DNA of 26,895 nt from the IMG/VR virus record IMGVR_UViG_648276657_000007, positions 1-26,895 of that record. One strand, given 5' to 3'. This stretch comes from a virus (lineage: Duplodnaviria; Heunggongvirae; Uroviricota; Caudoviricetes). Of this stretch, positions 1-8,030 are shown piece by piece. Below the pieces are notes generated by a model that searched no databases, was not told where the DNA came from, and saw nothing but the letters and a program-made list of their open reading frames with translations. The position numbers and the translations under genes were made by a program. Numbering within the stretch: position 1 is the first letter of the stretch; every line of letters begins with the position of its first letter.

Positions 1-1902
1 TTATTCAACTTCATTTCTTGGCAGCACATCTAGCTGTTTCATTAAGTCTCGAAATGATGGATACAAATCATCAATTGTCTGAATGAAGTCAAAGTATTTA
101 AATAATAACTTTGATGCTACTTCTTCATCTACATTTGATTCTCGCAGGAAGAGAGAAACACCTATTTTATTTTCCAGATCTGTAACAAACTTTTGGATAA
201 GAGGTTTTGACATTACTCGCTCAGGTTTGAATACTCCATCTTCGCACCATGATCTAACGACATCCACAAAATTAAGATTAGCAAATTCTGGTCGGTTTTT
301 CTTTTGACTATTGAATCTAGCCTCTATTTCTTTGTTTAGTGAGGAGGTTAAATCATTGACAGAATCCTTTAATTCATCAATTAAGGTATCAATGTGTGTT
401 GAAAATTCGTCTTCAGCAATAAATGGAGCCAAGGAATACAAATACTTTTTAAAAATACTCAGATCCGAAAATAACACTGACTCAATACAATATCCCACAT
501 GACTATATGGAGTGAACCGTTTCTTAGTAATATTATCCTTAAGATAATGATCAACAGTGTTTGTAGAAAAATCCCGATCAAAAATAACATACCACGATTT
601 GCCATTTAGAATCGAATTTAAAGTTCTCTTATTATACTCAACCTTTTGGAGAATATTATCTTTTCCTCGTAACGGAAAGAAAACTACATTTTTCAAACAA
701 CCAATTGGGTTAGTAATTTCTTTGATCTTTTGGTTAAGTTTCTTTAGATATTTTTCATCGTCCTCACCTTCAACAAATGCGATTAGTTTTGCATTATTAA
801 GTCTCTCGAGAGATAAAATTACCCCCCCCAATGAGTTTTTTATAATATCGAAACTATTTGGGTTGATTGCTTCTAGGTGACCACTTAATTTAGCGTCTTC
901 GTTTAGGAAGAATACTTCACCTTCTCCTGCGCTGGTCACAAATTGATCGTTATGACTGATAATAAAAAACTGATTGTGATCTATTTTTTTTAAATGGGCG
1001 AGAAGATTATGTTGTAGCTTTGTGTGGATGTGTGAGTCAGGTTCGTCAACAAGCAGTAACTTGAGAGGAGCATCAATAAATTCAACTGTAGATAGTATTT
1101 CCACAATTTGAAGAAAACCACTTCCTTGAAGGTGAAGATCATAATATTTTGAACTATTGATTGAAACATCAAGTTTAATGAATTCATCTTTATTTTTTCT
1201 TGCATCCGAAGGAATATTGAACTTGACATCTTTCTCAAGTATTTCAGATATGCTTAATTCCAAATCTGATATTGACTTTCTTTTAGAGATAATTTTGTTT
1301 CTAAGAACCTCGTGTGAATAACCTTTTTGGATTTTTCTCTTAATCTGAGCCTCATTATAGTACGGCTCAAATTGATGAACTCCTGCTACTGGTCTCGTCT
1401 GGTAAATAAAGATAGCTTCATCCAAAAATGCCCCTCCTTTACAAAATTCTTCCGCAAAATTAGTAAACTGATTTTCATCTATTGGTTGAACGCGGAAAAA
1501 AGCATTTTCGATTGATGTTGGGCATGTAACTTTGAATCCAAGCTCCCAGCTCTTATCATTCTCCTCTTCATTTTTTAATGTCAGAGTTATTTCAGAGCAT
1601 TTTCCTAGATTAGGATCTCTTGGGTCGTGAAAAAGATCCTCATCACTTGTGATTCGCAAAAAATCCAGCTCTTGATAATTAACATATCTGTTTGTTGACT
1701 TCTTAACTTTATAAAACCCTTTCCTTGAAGCAAGGATATATGTTTTATAACATTTCTCCCATAAATGAATAGCTTCAAAAACAGTTGACTTCCCAGCACT
1801 ATTTTCCCCAATGATTATATTAAAATCAGGATTGGGAACGATAGAAATATTTTTAAAACTTTTGAAGTTTTTTAATGATATTTTACTTATTCTTAGCTTC
1901 AT
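1..1902 (-). CDS. OLD-family ATPase-TOPRIM nuclease; either standalone P2-Old-like or a single-chain PARIS-like (AriA-AriB fusion) defence protein
   Basis: 633-aa ORF, ATG at 1902..1900, stop at 3..1. Walker A GENSAGKST (aa 32-40), Walker B LLLVDEPDSHIH, H-loop IISHND. C-terminal half has TOPRIM-like acidic motifs IAFVEGEDDE and YVIFDRDF. Sampled lines are about 30-35% GC. Confidence 0.7.
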   Translation of the reverse strand: MKLRISKISLKNFKSFKNISIVPNPDFNIIIGENSAGKSTVFEAIHLWEKCYKTYILASRKGFYKVKKSTNRYVNYQELDFLRITSDEDLFHDPRDPNLGKCSEITLTLKNEEENDKSWELGFKVTCPTSIENAFFRVQPIDENQFTNFAEEFCKGGAFLDEAIFIYQTRPVAGVHQFEPYYNEAQIKRKIQKGYSHEVLRNKIISKRKSISDLELSISEILEKDVKFNIPSDARKNKDEFIKLDVSINSSKYYDLHLQGSGFLQIVEILSTVEFIDAPLKLLLVDEPDSHIHTKLQHNLLAHLKKIDHNQFFIISHNDQFVTSAGEGEVFFLNEDAKLSGHLEAINPNSFDIIKNSLGGVILSLERLNNAKLIAFVEGEDDEKYLKKLNQKIKEITNPIGCLKNVVFFPLRGKDNILQKVEYNKRTLNSILNGKSWYVIFDRDFSTNTVDHYLKDNITKKRFTPYSHVGYCIESVLFSDLSIFKKYLYSLAPFIAEDEFSTHIDTLIDELKDSVNDLTSSLNKEIEARFNSQKKNRPEFANLNFVDVVRSWCEDGVFKPERVMSKPLIQKFVTDLENKIGVSLFLRESNVDEEVASKLLFKYFDFIQTIDDLYPSFRDLMKQLDVLPRNEVE

Positions 1903-2433
1903 CCAGACTCCCTAAACCAAATCGGATGTTTATTCATTTATATCAACAAACAGTCCTTTCTTTTGCCATAATAGCTATTAGCAACCAGACGCTTGCCTAG
2001 GTATAATCAGCTTTTTGGGGCTCGTCCATGAACAGAACCCCGATTATTCTGAATAAATACATTATTTATACATTTCTTGCAACATTTCAAATGCCTATCT
2101 CAATAAAATGTAATGAAATTTTTAGTGTTTCGGTCGAATGTATTAGTAACATCCCCCATTGACTTACATATGCTGAGGTTTGCAGCCTCTGATTGCGGCA
2201 CAAAGTTGACGGGTAGTATTGAGCAAAAAACGAACACTTTCCTTTTATTGAGGTTAGCTAAAACTGCATCGAGCTCTGAGGCCTGCCGTCAAACCTCATT
2301 TCATTGTTTCTACAAATCTTTATAGTTGATTATCAAATCTTCCATTGCAAAGAAAATTATTGGATAATCGTCTTTATTGATATTACTGTTTGATTTTTTG
2401 TAGTTAATAACTAAAATCAGGAAGAAATGAACG

Positions 2434-2871
2434 ATGACAAAAGAGAAATTATATAAATTACTATATGATATTTGGAAAAAATCCAGTCGTGCTTATTTTT
2501 CTGGCATAGGCGTTATTATATGTAATAACCCTGATAGCCTTCCCATCACAAGTCTTCGGAATATAGACCCCATACAGAATGATTCCACATTAGAATTATT
2601 ATCAAGAATTTCCAATAAAAATAGCGAATACCATGATGGCTTTCACATCTTAGATGAAGCAGGAAATGTTACTTATACCGCACAATATTTCTCACCACCA
2701 ATCATAGAGAACATCAGTTTTGACAGTTCAAGACTCGTCGGTGGACGTTTTGTTGCTGCCCTTTATGGCTCTTGCATTGACGAGATTAAACTTACTGGGA
2801 TTGTAGGCGAAAGAGGTCGTCTTTCTATATTTGAGGCTGGTAAAGAAGTTTATTACGAGGAGTTGCAATGA
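2434..2871 (+). CDS. Minimal DAC-fold (DisA_N / diadenylate-cyclase-like) protein with non-canonical catalytic motifs; candidate signal generator or sensor
   Basis: 145 aa; SD AGGAAG 8 nt upstream of the ATG. By-eye alignment to CdaA/DisA DAC motifs: GIGVII ~ GALIVI, STLELLSRI ~ SSELLINI, HDGFHIL ~ HDGAVIM, AQYFSPP ~ AACYLPLS, LVGGRFVAALYGS ~ LGTRHRAAVGIS, IVGERGRLSIF ~ IVSEETGGVSV. Stop overlaps the next ATG (ATGA at 2868-2871). Confidence 0.55.
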   Translation: MTKEKLYKLLYDIWKKSSRAYFSGIGVIICNNPDSLPITSLRNIDPIQNDSTLELLSRISNKNSEYHDGFHILDEAGNVTYTAQYFSPPIIENISFDSSRLVGGRFVAALYGSCIDEIKLTGIVGERGRLSIFEAGKEVYYEELQ

Positions 2872-3461
2872 TAAACCTTCTCCCAATATGGAAAATAATC
2901 TCAAGAATCTCCGTTATCTATGCGACTGTCTGCGGTCTGATTTTATTGGGCATATATGATGAAAACACAACTTTCATGACAGTCCTATCAGTTGCATCTG
3001 GAGGTTTGTTTATTCTTAATACTATTGTGATATCAATTTTTTTCTTTGGGTGGCGAAAGTTATGGCAATGGTTCCCTAAACTAAATAACCTACTCTTCCC
3101 TGATTTGAACGGAACCTGGGATATGGTTATTCATTGGGAATGGGAAGATAAAAAAGGCACATCCCACGCACAAGCAACTATAAAGCAGGATTTTCTTAAA
3201 ATTGGAATGGATGTCGAAGCTGACGACTCCGATTCTCAGACATTGGTGGCTAAGCCTAAAAAGGATACCGAAACGGGGCGACCAGAACTTTACTACGTTT
3301 TTTTAACAACCCCCAAGCATAAGGCAGGTTTTGGTCCACAAGATCCTTACATGGGCACAGCTATTCTCAAGCTAAATCTTAATGATAAAGACGTGTTAAA
3401 TGGGAACTACTTTACAAGCCGTAAAACAGTAGGTCATTACGAGCTGACACGCATTAACTAA
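2868..3461 (+). CDS. Two-transmembrane-helix membrane protein with about 135-aa C-terminal soluble domain; candidate membrane-disrupting effector (Cap15 / S-2TMbeta-like architecture)
   Basis: 197 aa; hydrophobic helices at roughly aa 12-30 (ISRISVIYATVCGLILLGIY) and 37-60 (MTVLSVASGGLFILNTIVISIFFFGW), followed by WRKLWQW and a hydrophilic domain; translationally coupled to the DAC-like gene. Confidence 0.6.
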   Translation: MINLLPIWKIISRISVIYATVCGLILLGIYDENTTFMTVLSVASGGLFILNTIVISIFFFGWRKLWQWFPKLNNLLFPDLNGTWDMVIHWEWEDKKGTSHAQATIKQDFLKIGMDVEADDSDSQTLVAKPKKDTETGRPELYYVFLTTPKHKAGFGPQDPYMGTAILKLNLNDKDVLNGNYFTSRKTVGHYELTRIN

Positions 3462-3776
3462 TTGCTAGTCAGCGGTTGACGGCCCCTTACTGGGGGCCAA
3501 TATCCTGAGAAACCTATCGTAAATAATGCTCAAAATCTAAACACGAGTTTTATATAAACTGATTGATTAGTCATTGAAAATCTTTCCCCTATAGACTTGA
3601 AGAAAGGTAAATGTGCGAGACCAGAAGATTCTGAGTCCGGCACAACTATTCTGTTTTTCTTTTTCACACCACATTTCGACTAAAGGTTAATGCTCCTAGC
3701 AACGTCCCTTTTTGGCACAGAGCGGACTGTCAGATTAGGCTTTACTCTGTGCTATAGGTATGTAAGCTCATACAAC

Positions 3777-4304
3777 TTATTGCGGCATTTCCGGCCATTC
3801 AGGATTTGCAGGATCCACACGACTGACCAGAACGCTGTAGCGTTCCCATGCTTCCAGTCGGCTGCGCTCCTCCTCTGTTGCCATATTCAGCCTGACAGCG
3901 CGCTCCAGCAGCAAAATCACGGATTCAGCTTCGGAAAGTAAAGTTGCCTTTTGTGATTCTGCCAGTTGATGCTGTTCGTCTGCCGTATAAATCCGCTTAA
4001 TCACGGCACCATCCTTAAACATCCATTTACCTGAGTCATCAGCACGTCGGTTGGCGGTAATATCAGGAACCTCGACAACGCTAAATCCTTCAGGGTTAAG
4101 CGTTGAAGCATCTCTGGTGATGCCGACAATTATATTATTCTCGTCGTAAACAATCTTTATCGTGTCTTCCTGAAAATTACTTACTTCCTCATACCAGTTT
4201 TTTCCGTCTTCAGACCATAACCAGATAACATCAAAATTTTTTGTCAGTTGATATTGAGCAACAGTTTTGGGATTACCCGCAGTAATATTTTTTAAATGCT
4301 GCAT
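3777..4304 (-). CDS. G: Tail fibre assembly chaperone (P2 gpG-like)
   Basis: 175 aa, same length as P2 G as I recall it; lies immediately downstream of the tail fibre gene. Confidence 0.85.
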   Translation of the reverse strand: MQHLKNITAGNPKTVAQYQLTKNFDVIWLWSEDGKNWYEEVSNFQEDTIKIVYDENNIIVGITRDASTLNPEGFSVVEVPDITANRRADDSGKWMFKDGAVIKRIYTADEQHQLAESQKATLLSEAESVILLLERAVRLNMATEEERSRLEAWERYSVLVSRVDPANPEWPEMPQ

Positions 4305-4307
4305 AAA

Positions 4308-6236
4308 TTACACCTGTGCGACGTTATACCATGTGCCATTGATGTATTTTTGTATTGGTCTGAATACTGCGGGGTCATCACCATCGACTTCACCGACAAT
4401 ACCAAGCCCTGTAATTACATGGCCTGATTTTTCATACATCACACCTTTTTGCATAGTCTGAACAACACGTGTGCCCAGGCGAATATCTCGTACATAGCGA
4501 GAATCCGATTCAGCTTTGGTATATGCACCAACATCTCCCGCAGAGGGTTTGCGGGTTGTGGTGTAAAACTCTGACCAGTCAGCCTCAAATCCATAACCAT
4601 CACGTGCTGAACGATAAAAAATACCGCCGTTCTTATAATTCACACGGAACTGTACGGCAGGGCAACTCCCCGCATTCATATTGAAGTGGAGGATTAATGT
4701 CGATGCACCGCTGATATCTGCATCATAAACACCGCTATTCCAGTTCCAGCCAACAGCTTTATCATTTGCAACCCTGCTTCCTGTTTGCCCTAAAGCAAAT
4801 GCAGGCTGCTGGTTTTTCGTGTTGTAGTCTCGTCGCCAGCCGGGGGCATAAGCATCACCATGATTAATATAAGTGAATTGAGCGTTAGTGGTGCCGCCTC
4901 CGGTAGAAGTGCTTGGTGTTGTTACACGGATGGTCATGGCACCTTTATTACCCATAACCTCAATAACGCAACCTGCAAGATGAATAGTTCCACAGCCAGT
5001 ATCGGTAATAATTTTATTATTGCCGTATGACCATGAACATTTGCACATCCAGTACGGATGATTAAATGCACCACGGGAATCCAGCCATTCAATAAACTGA
5101 GCGGTTGTCCAGTTTCCGGCTTCAGTGCTCAAAGCGCCGCTATAAGCACGACAGGCACCGATATTTTTCGTGAAGGTATCCTTTCCCGGAATATCCGCAC
5201 CGTTCTGATCTTTCTGAAGACGTTTTTCAGCATTGTCATAGGCAGACTTCACTGCTTTTGGTGTTGCGGCCAGCGTTTCAGAATCGCTGTTGATGGCACT
5301 ATTGAGCTGAACAAGACCTTTCCGCGCCGTGGTGGCGTCCTGTGCAGTGTATTTCCCGTTAGCAAGGTCATATGCTGCTTTTACCGCCTTTGGCGTTGCT
5401 GCAAGCGTTTCAGAATCGCTGTTGGTGGCGCTACTGAGCTGGATAAGACCTTTTCGCGCTGTGGTGGCGTCCTGTGCAGTGTATTTCCCGTTAGCAAGGT
5501 CATATGCTGCTTTTACCGCTTTCGGCGTTGCGGCCAGTGTTTCAGACGTGCTGTTGGTGGCACTACTGAGCTGGACAAGGCCTTTTCGCGCTATGGTGGC
5601 GTCCTGTGCGGTATATTTCCCGTTAGCAAGGTCATACGCGGCCTTTACCGCTTTCGGCGTTGCGGCCAGTGTTTCAGACGTGCTGTTGGTCGCACTGCTT
5701 AACTGAGTAAAACCTTTGGCGGTCAGCGAGGCGTCCGGGTGACGTCGTGACTGTTCATGTTCTGCAATTTTGTCATCAACGTAATCCTGCGTTGCCATCA
5801 CCGTTGTGGTGTCAATGGTCAGCTCCACTGAGGCTACACTGCTGACTATGATGACCATGCGGCAGGTCTGCGAACGCCCTGAGCCTTCGGCAAGGGCTGG
5901 CTTATAACTTTCGGCCATGTTCGCCACGGCAATTAGCGTTCCCGCATCATCGTACAGGCCAAGTTCACGCATCCAGAAACCGCCCACCTCCGGCGGAATA
6001 ACCAGCTCTGCGATAATATAATTACTGTTTCGTTTGTCCTGGCTGATTTTGTTCAGCGTATGTCGCCAGACTTCGTGGATAAGTCCGGTCTGTCCGGCAT
6101 CCGGGACAGGCAATTTACCACCGCCATCCCCGACGGCCATCGTGGTAATGTTGACCTTCCGCCCTCCCGGTGCGGTTGCCGCTGCCAGCTTTGCTGCACC
6201 GGCAGTGGTGATAACGGTTCTGAATTTTGTGCTCAT
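4308..6236 (-). CDS. H: Tail fibre protein (P2 gpH-like) with internal tandem fibre repeats and a C-terminal receptor-binding region
   Basis: 642 aa; conserved N-terminus MSTKFRTVITTAGAAKL...; 44-aa repeats QLSSATNSTSETLAATPKAVKAAYDLANGKYTAQDAT in about 3.5 copies. Confidence 0.9.
   Translation of the reverse strand: MSTKFRTVITTAGAAKLAAATAPGGRKVNITTMAVGDGGGKLPVPDAGQTGLIHEVWRHTLNKISQDKRNSNYIIAELVIPPEVGGFWMRELGLYDDAGTLIAVANMAESYKPALAEGSGRSQTCRMVIIVSSVASVELTIDTTTVMATQDYVDDKIAEHEQSRRHPDASLTAKGFTQLSSATNSTSETLAATPKAVKAAYDLANGKYTAQDATIARKGLVQLSSATNSTSETLAATPKAVKAAYDLANGKYTAQDATTARKGLIQLSSATNSDSETLAATPKAVKAAYDLANGKYTAQDATTARKGLVQLNSAINSDSETLAATPKAVKSAYDNAEKRLQKDQNGADIPGKDTFTKNIGACRAYSGALSTEAGNWTTAQFIEWLDSRGAFNHPYWMCKCSWSYGNNKIITDTGCGTIHLAGCVIEVMGNKGAMTIRVTTPSTSTGGGTTNAQFTYINHGDAYAPGWRRDYNTKNQQPAFALGQTGSRVANDKAVGWNWNSGVYDADISGASTLILHFNMNAGSCPAVQFRVNYKNGGIFYRSARDGYGFEADWSEFYTTTRKPSAGDVGAYTKAESDSRYVRDIRLGTRVVQTMQKGVMYEKSGHVITGLGIVGEVDGDDPAVFRPIQKYINGTWYNVAQV
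5250..5740. repeat. In-frame tandem repeat of about 132 bp, roughly 3.5 copies, inside tail fibre gene H
   Basis: Unit start tgtgcagtgtatttcccgttagcaaggtcat recurs at 5341, 5473 and 5605 (period 132), with a degenerate partial copy before 5341. Confidence 0.85.
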
Positions 6237-6246
6237 TATTCCTCAC

Positions 6247-6777
6247 TTATCCGGGGTAAACCGTAATTACATCGCCGTCGTAAGCCACACCACCGGTGAA
6301 CAGGTAGCCGGGAATGTCCCGGGTAATGTTCAGGCCAATAAGGTGACGGCTTGCAGGTTTGGCATCAGCAATCAGCCGTTCCATTTCCTGATACATTGCC
6401 TCTGTGATGCCACTTTCCAGTACACCAATATCAAGCCGGAAGGTGCCGGGCGGGTCACTGTTTTCCCACCACTCCGTCACGTTGATGAGATAGCCGAGCG
6501 GCTCCACCACACGCCGGATTGCACCTATAGTGCCTTTATGACAGTGGATGAAATACGCATCGCGGATAACGGCGCGTTTTGTCGCTTCCGGCCACTTCTC
6601 ATCCCACCTGTCGACCGAAAACGCCCACGCCAGCCACGGCAGCAGATTTGCCGGGCAGGTGTCCGGGTTCCACAGCTCACGAATACTGACCGGCGTTTTT
6701 TCAATTTCCGCACAGGCTTTTGCAGCGGCGACCTCAAGCGGTGATGAGCCGGTCGGCAGCAGGCGCGAATCACTCAT
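6247..6777 (-). CDS. I: Baseplate assembly protein (P2 gpI-like)
   Basis: 176 aa; position and length match P2 I. Confidence 0.85.
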   Translation of the reverse strand: MSDSRLLPTGSSPLEVAAAKACAEIEKTPVSIRELWNPDTCPANLLPWLAWAFSVDRWDEKWPEATKRAVIRDAYFIHCHKGTIGAIRRVVEPLGYLINVTEWWENSDPPGTFRLDIGVLESGITEAMYQEMERLIADAKPASRHLIGLNITRDIPGYLFTGGVAYDGDVITVYPG

Positions 6778-7678
6778 CCGAGCCTCCGGTCACGACGCGG
6801 TATTCGGTACAGAAAGACGCCTGCGTACTGTTGAGCACGATGTCGGCCAGCGGTGCAGCCAGTTCGACACGCTGCACGCCTTCCACATGCAAAGCGGCAT
6901 AAATGGCAGATAGTCGGATGTCGCGCCCCAGCCGGTGCTGTGCCGTGATATACGCTTCCAGTTTTTTCACGGCGGCAGCGCGAATGGGTTCGCTTTCGGG
7001 ACCAGGGTAAAGGTAAAGCGTGGCGTTTATCTGGTATTCAACGATGGCGGCAGACTGCACGGTCACGCGGTCGGCCACCGGCCTGACATCCTCGCCATTA
7101 AGGGCGTTACGTACCACAGCCAGCAGGTCTTCGGATGCCACACCGTTATTCTCACGTGACAGCACAGAGATGGTGACGCAGGCCGGAGACGGACTGGTGA
7201 CAGAGATATCCGCGACACGCCCGTCGGCACTGCGACCATGATACTGATAGGCACCCACCGACCCGGCGACGCTTAAGCCCTCAAACGCCTGCTGAATACG
7301 CAGACGATAATCGGTGTCAGACTCCATCACTGCCGGTGTCGGCGGGATGGTCGAATCATCTGCCGGGGTGATAATCAGGCGTGTGGTGTTGTAATTGGCA
7401 CCAATCACATCAAGGTCATTACCGGCGGCACAGGCCAGCATTACCGCCCGTGCGGCCTCATTCACACGCTGACGCCAGATAAGCTCACGATAAGCGTTTT
7501 CCTCCAGCAGTTTGACGATAGGCTCGGATTCCAGCATCAGGGTACGGGCGACCGCCTCCTGCTGGTCTTCCGGGTAAAGGGAAATCAGTGTCGCCTTGCG
7601 TTCAGCAAGAATGGTTTCAAAGTCCAGCTCCTCGACCACATCCGGTGCGGGTAGCTGGTTCAGGTCGATAATCGGCAT
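6770..7678 (-). CDS. J: Baseplate protein J (P2 gpJ-like)
   Basis: 302 aa; overlaps I by 8 nt; order W-J-I. Confidence 0.9.
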   Translation of the reverse strand: MPIIDLNQLPAPDVVEELDFETILAERKATLISLYPEDQQEAVARTLMLESEPIVKLLEENAYRELIWRQRVNEAARAVMLACAAGNDLDVIGANYNTTRLIITPADDSTIPPTPAVMESDTDYRLRIQQAFEGLSVAGSVGAYQYHGRSADGRVADISVTSPSPACVTISVLSRENNGVASEDLLAVVRNALNGEDVRPVADRVTVQSAAIVEYQINATLYLYPGPESEPIRAAAVKKLEAYITAQHRLGRDIRLSAIYAALHVEGVQRVELAAPLADIVLNSTQASFCTEYRVVTGGSDE

Positions 7679-7682
7679 GGTT

Positions 7683-8030
7683 TCAACTCACAGGGATGGT
7701 TAACGAAAGTGGCTGGCCGGTGTCGTTGTGCCGGCCGGTTAACGTGACCGTCATTCGCCCGTCAAAACTCCGCTCAGTGGTGACGGATGACAGGGTGACG
7801 CGGGGTTCCCATTTCAGCACCGCCATGTAACAGGCGACCTTAATCTGCAACTCAAGCGCCGGGGTCTGCGGCTGGTCAATCATTGACGCCAGCAACGAGC
7901 CGTAATCACGACGCATCACCCGTGAGCCGACCGGTGTGCGCAGGATATCGCCGATACTCTGGCTGATATGCTCAAGGTCAGTGACAGTCAGGCCATCACT
8001 GCGATTCATTCCGAGATAACGCGCAGTCAT
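7683..8030 (-). CDS. W: Baseplate wedge protein W (gpW/gp25 family)
   Basis: 115 aa; lies between V and J. Confidence 0.85.
   Translation of the reverse strand: MTARYLGMNRSDGLTVTDLEHISQSIGDILRTPVGSRVMRRDYGSLLASMIDQPQTPALELQIKVACYMAVLKWEPRVTLSSVTTERSFDGRMTVTLTGRHNDTGQPLSLTIPVS

Noticed and set aside
1-1902. Calling the ATPase-TOPRIM protein Gabija GajA or a retron effector
   Set aside because: No UvrD-like helicase (GajB) and no reverse transcriptase or msr-msd-like structured region is adjacent; the neighbouring genes are the DAC/2TM pair on the opposite strand.
2113-2325. 70-aa ORF in the spacer between the OLD-like gene and the DAC/2TM operon
   Set aside because: No Shine-Dalgarno sequence and a low-complexity translation in AT-rich DNA; more likely non-coding leader or promoter DNA. 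Not excluded as a small protein.
2434-2871. Interpreting the 145-aa protein as a GGDEF/mCpol-type palm-domain cyclase (Panoptes OptS-like) or a CD-NTase
   Set aside because: No GGDEF/GGDD or [DE]h[DE]h nucleotidyltransferase motif is visible; motif content and spacing fit the DAC fold much better. It is too small for a CD-NTase.
3700-3776. Inverted repeat GCACAGAG...CTCTGTGC with an adjacent T5 tract as a terminator after gene G
   Set aside because: The loop is about 22 nt and the T-tract is on the wrong side of the stem for either strand, so it is not a convincing intrinsic terminator.
5058-5706. Long plus-strand ORFs with internally repeated protein sequence (5058-5702 and 5329-5706), and the possibility that the regular 132-bp repeats are a CRISPR-like array
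   Set aside because: They are antisense shadows of the tail-fibre gene H repeats. The repeats are contiguous with no unique spacers, are in frame within H, and encode a recognisable fibre motif.
6034-6744. 236-aa plus-strand ORF overlapping the end of H and gene I
   Set aside because: It lies antisense to two well-supported P2-like genes in GC-rich DNA and has no recognisable motifs. Similar shadow ORFs elsewhere were rejected for the same reason (10066-10569, 12193-12792, 15130-15669, 16133-16609, 16354-16803, 21551-22120).
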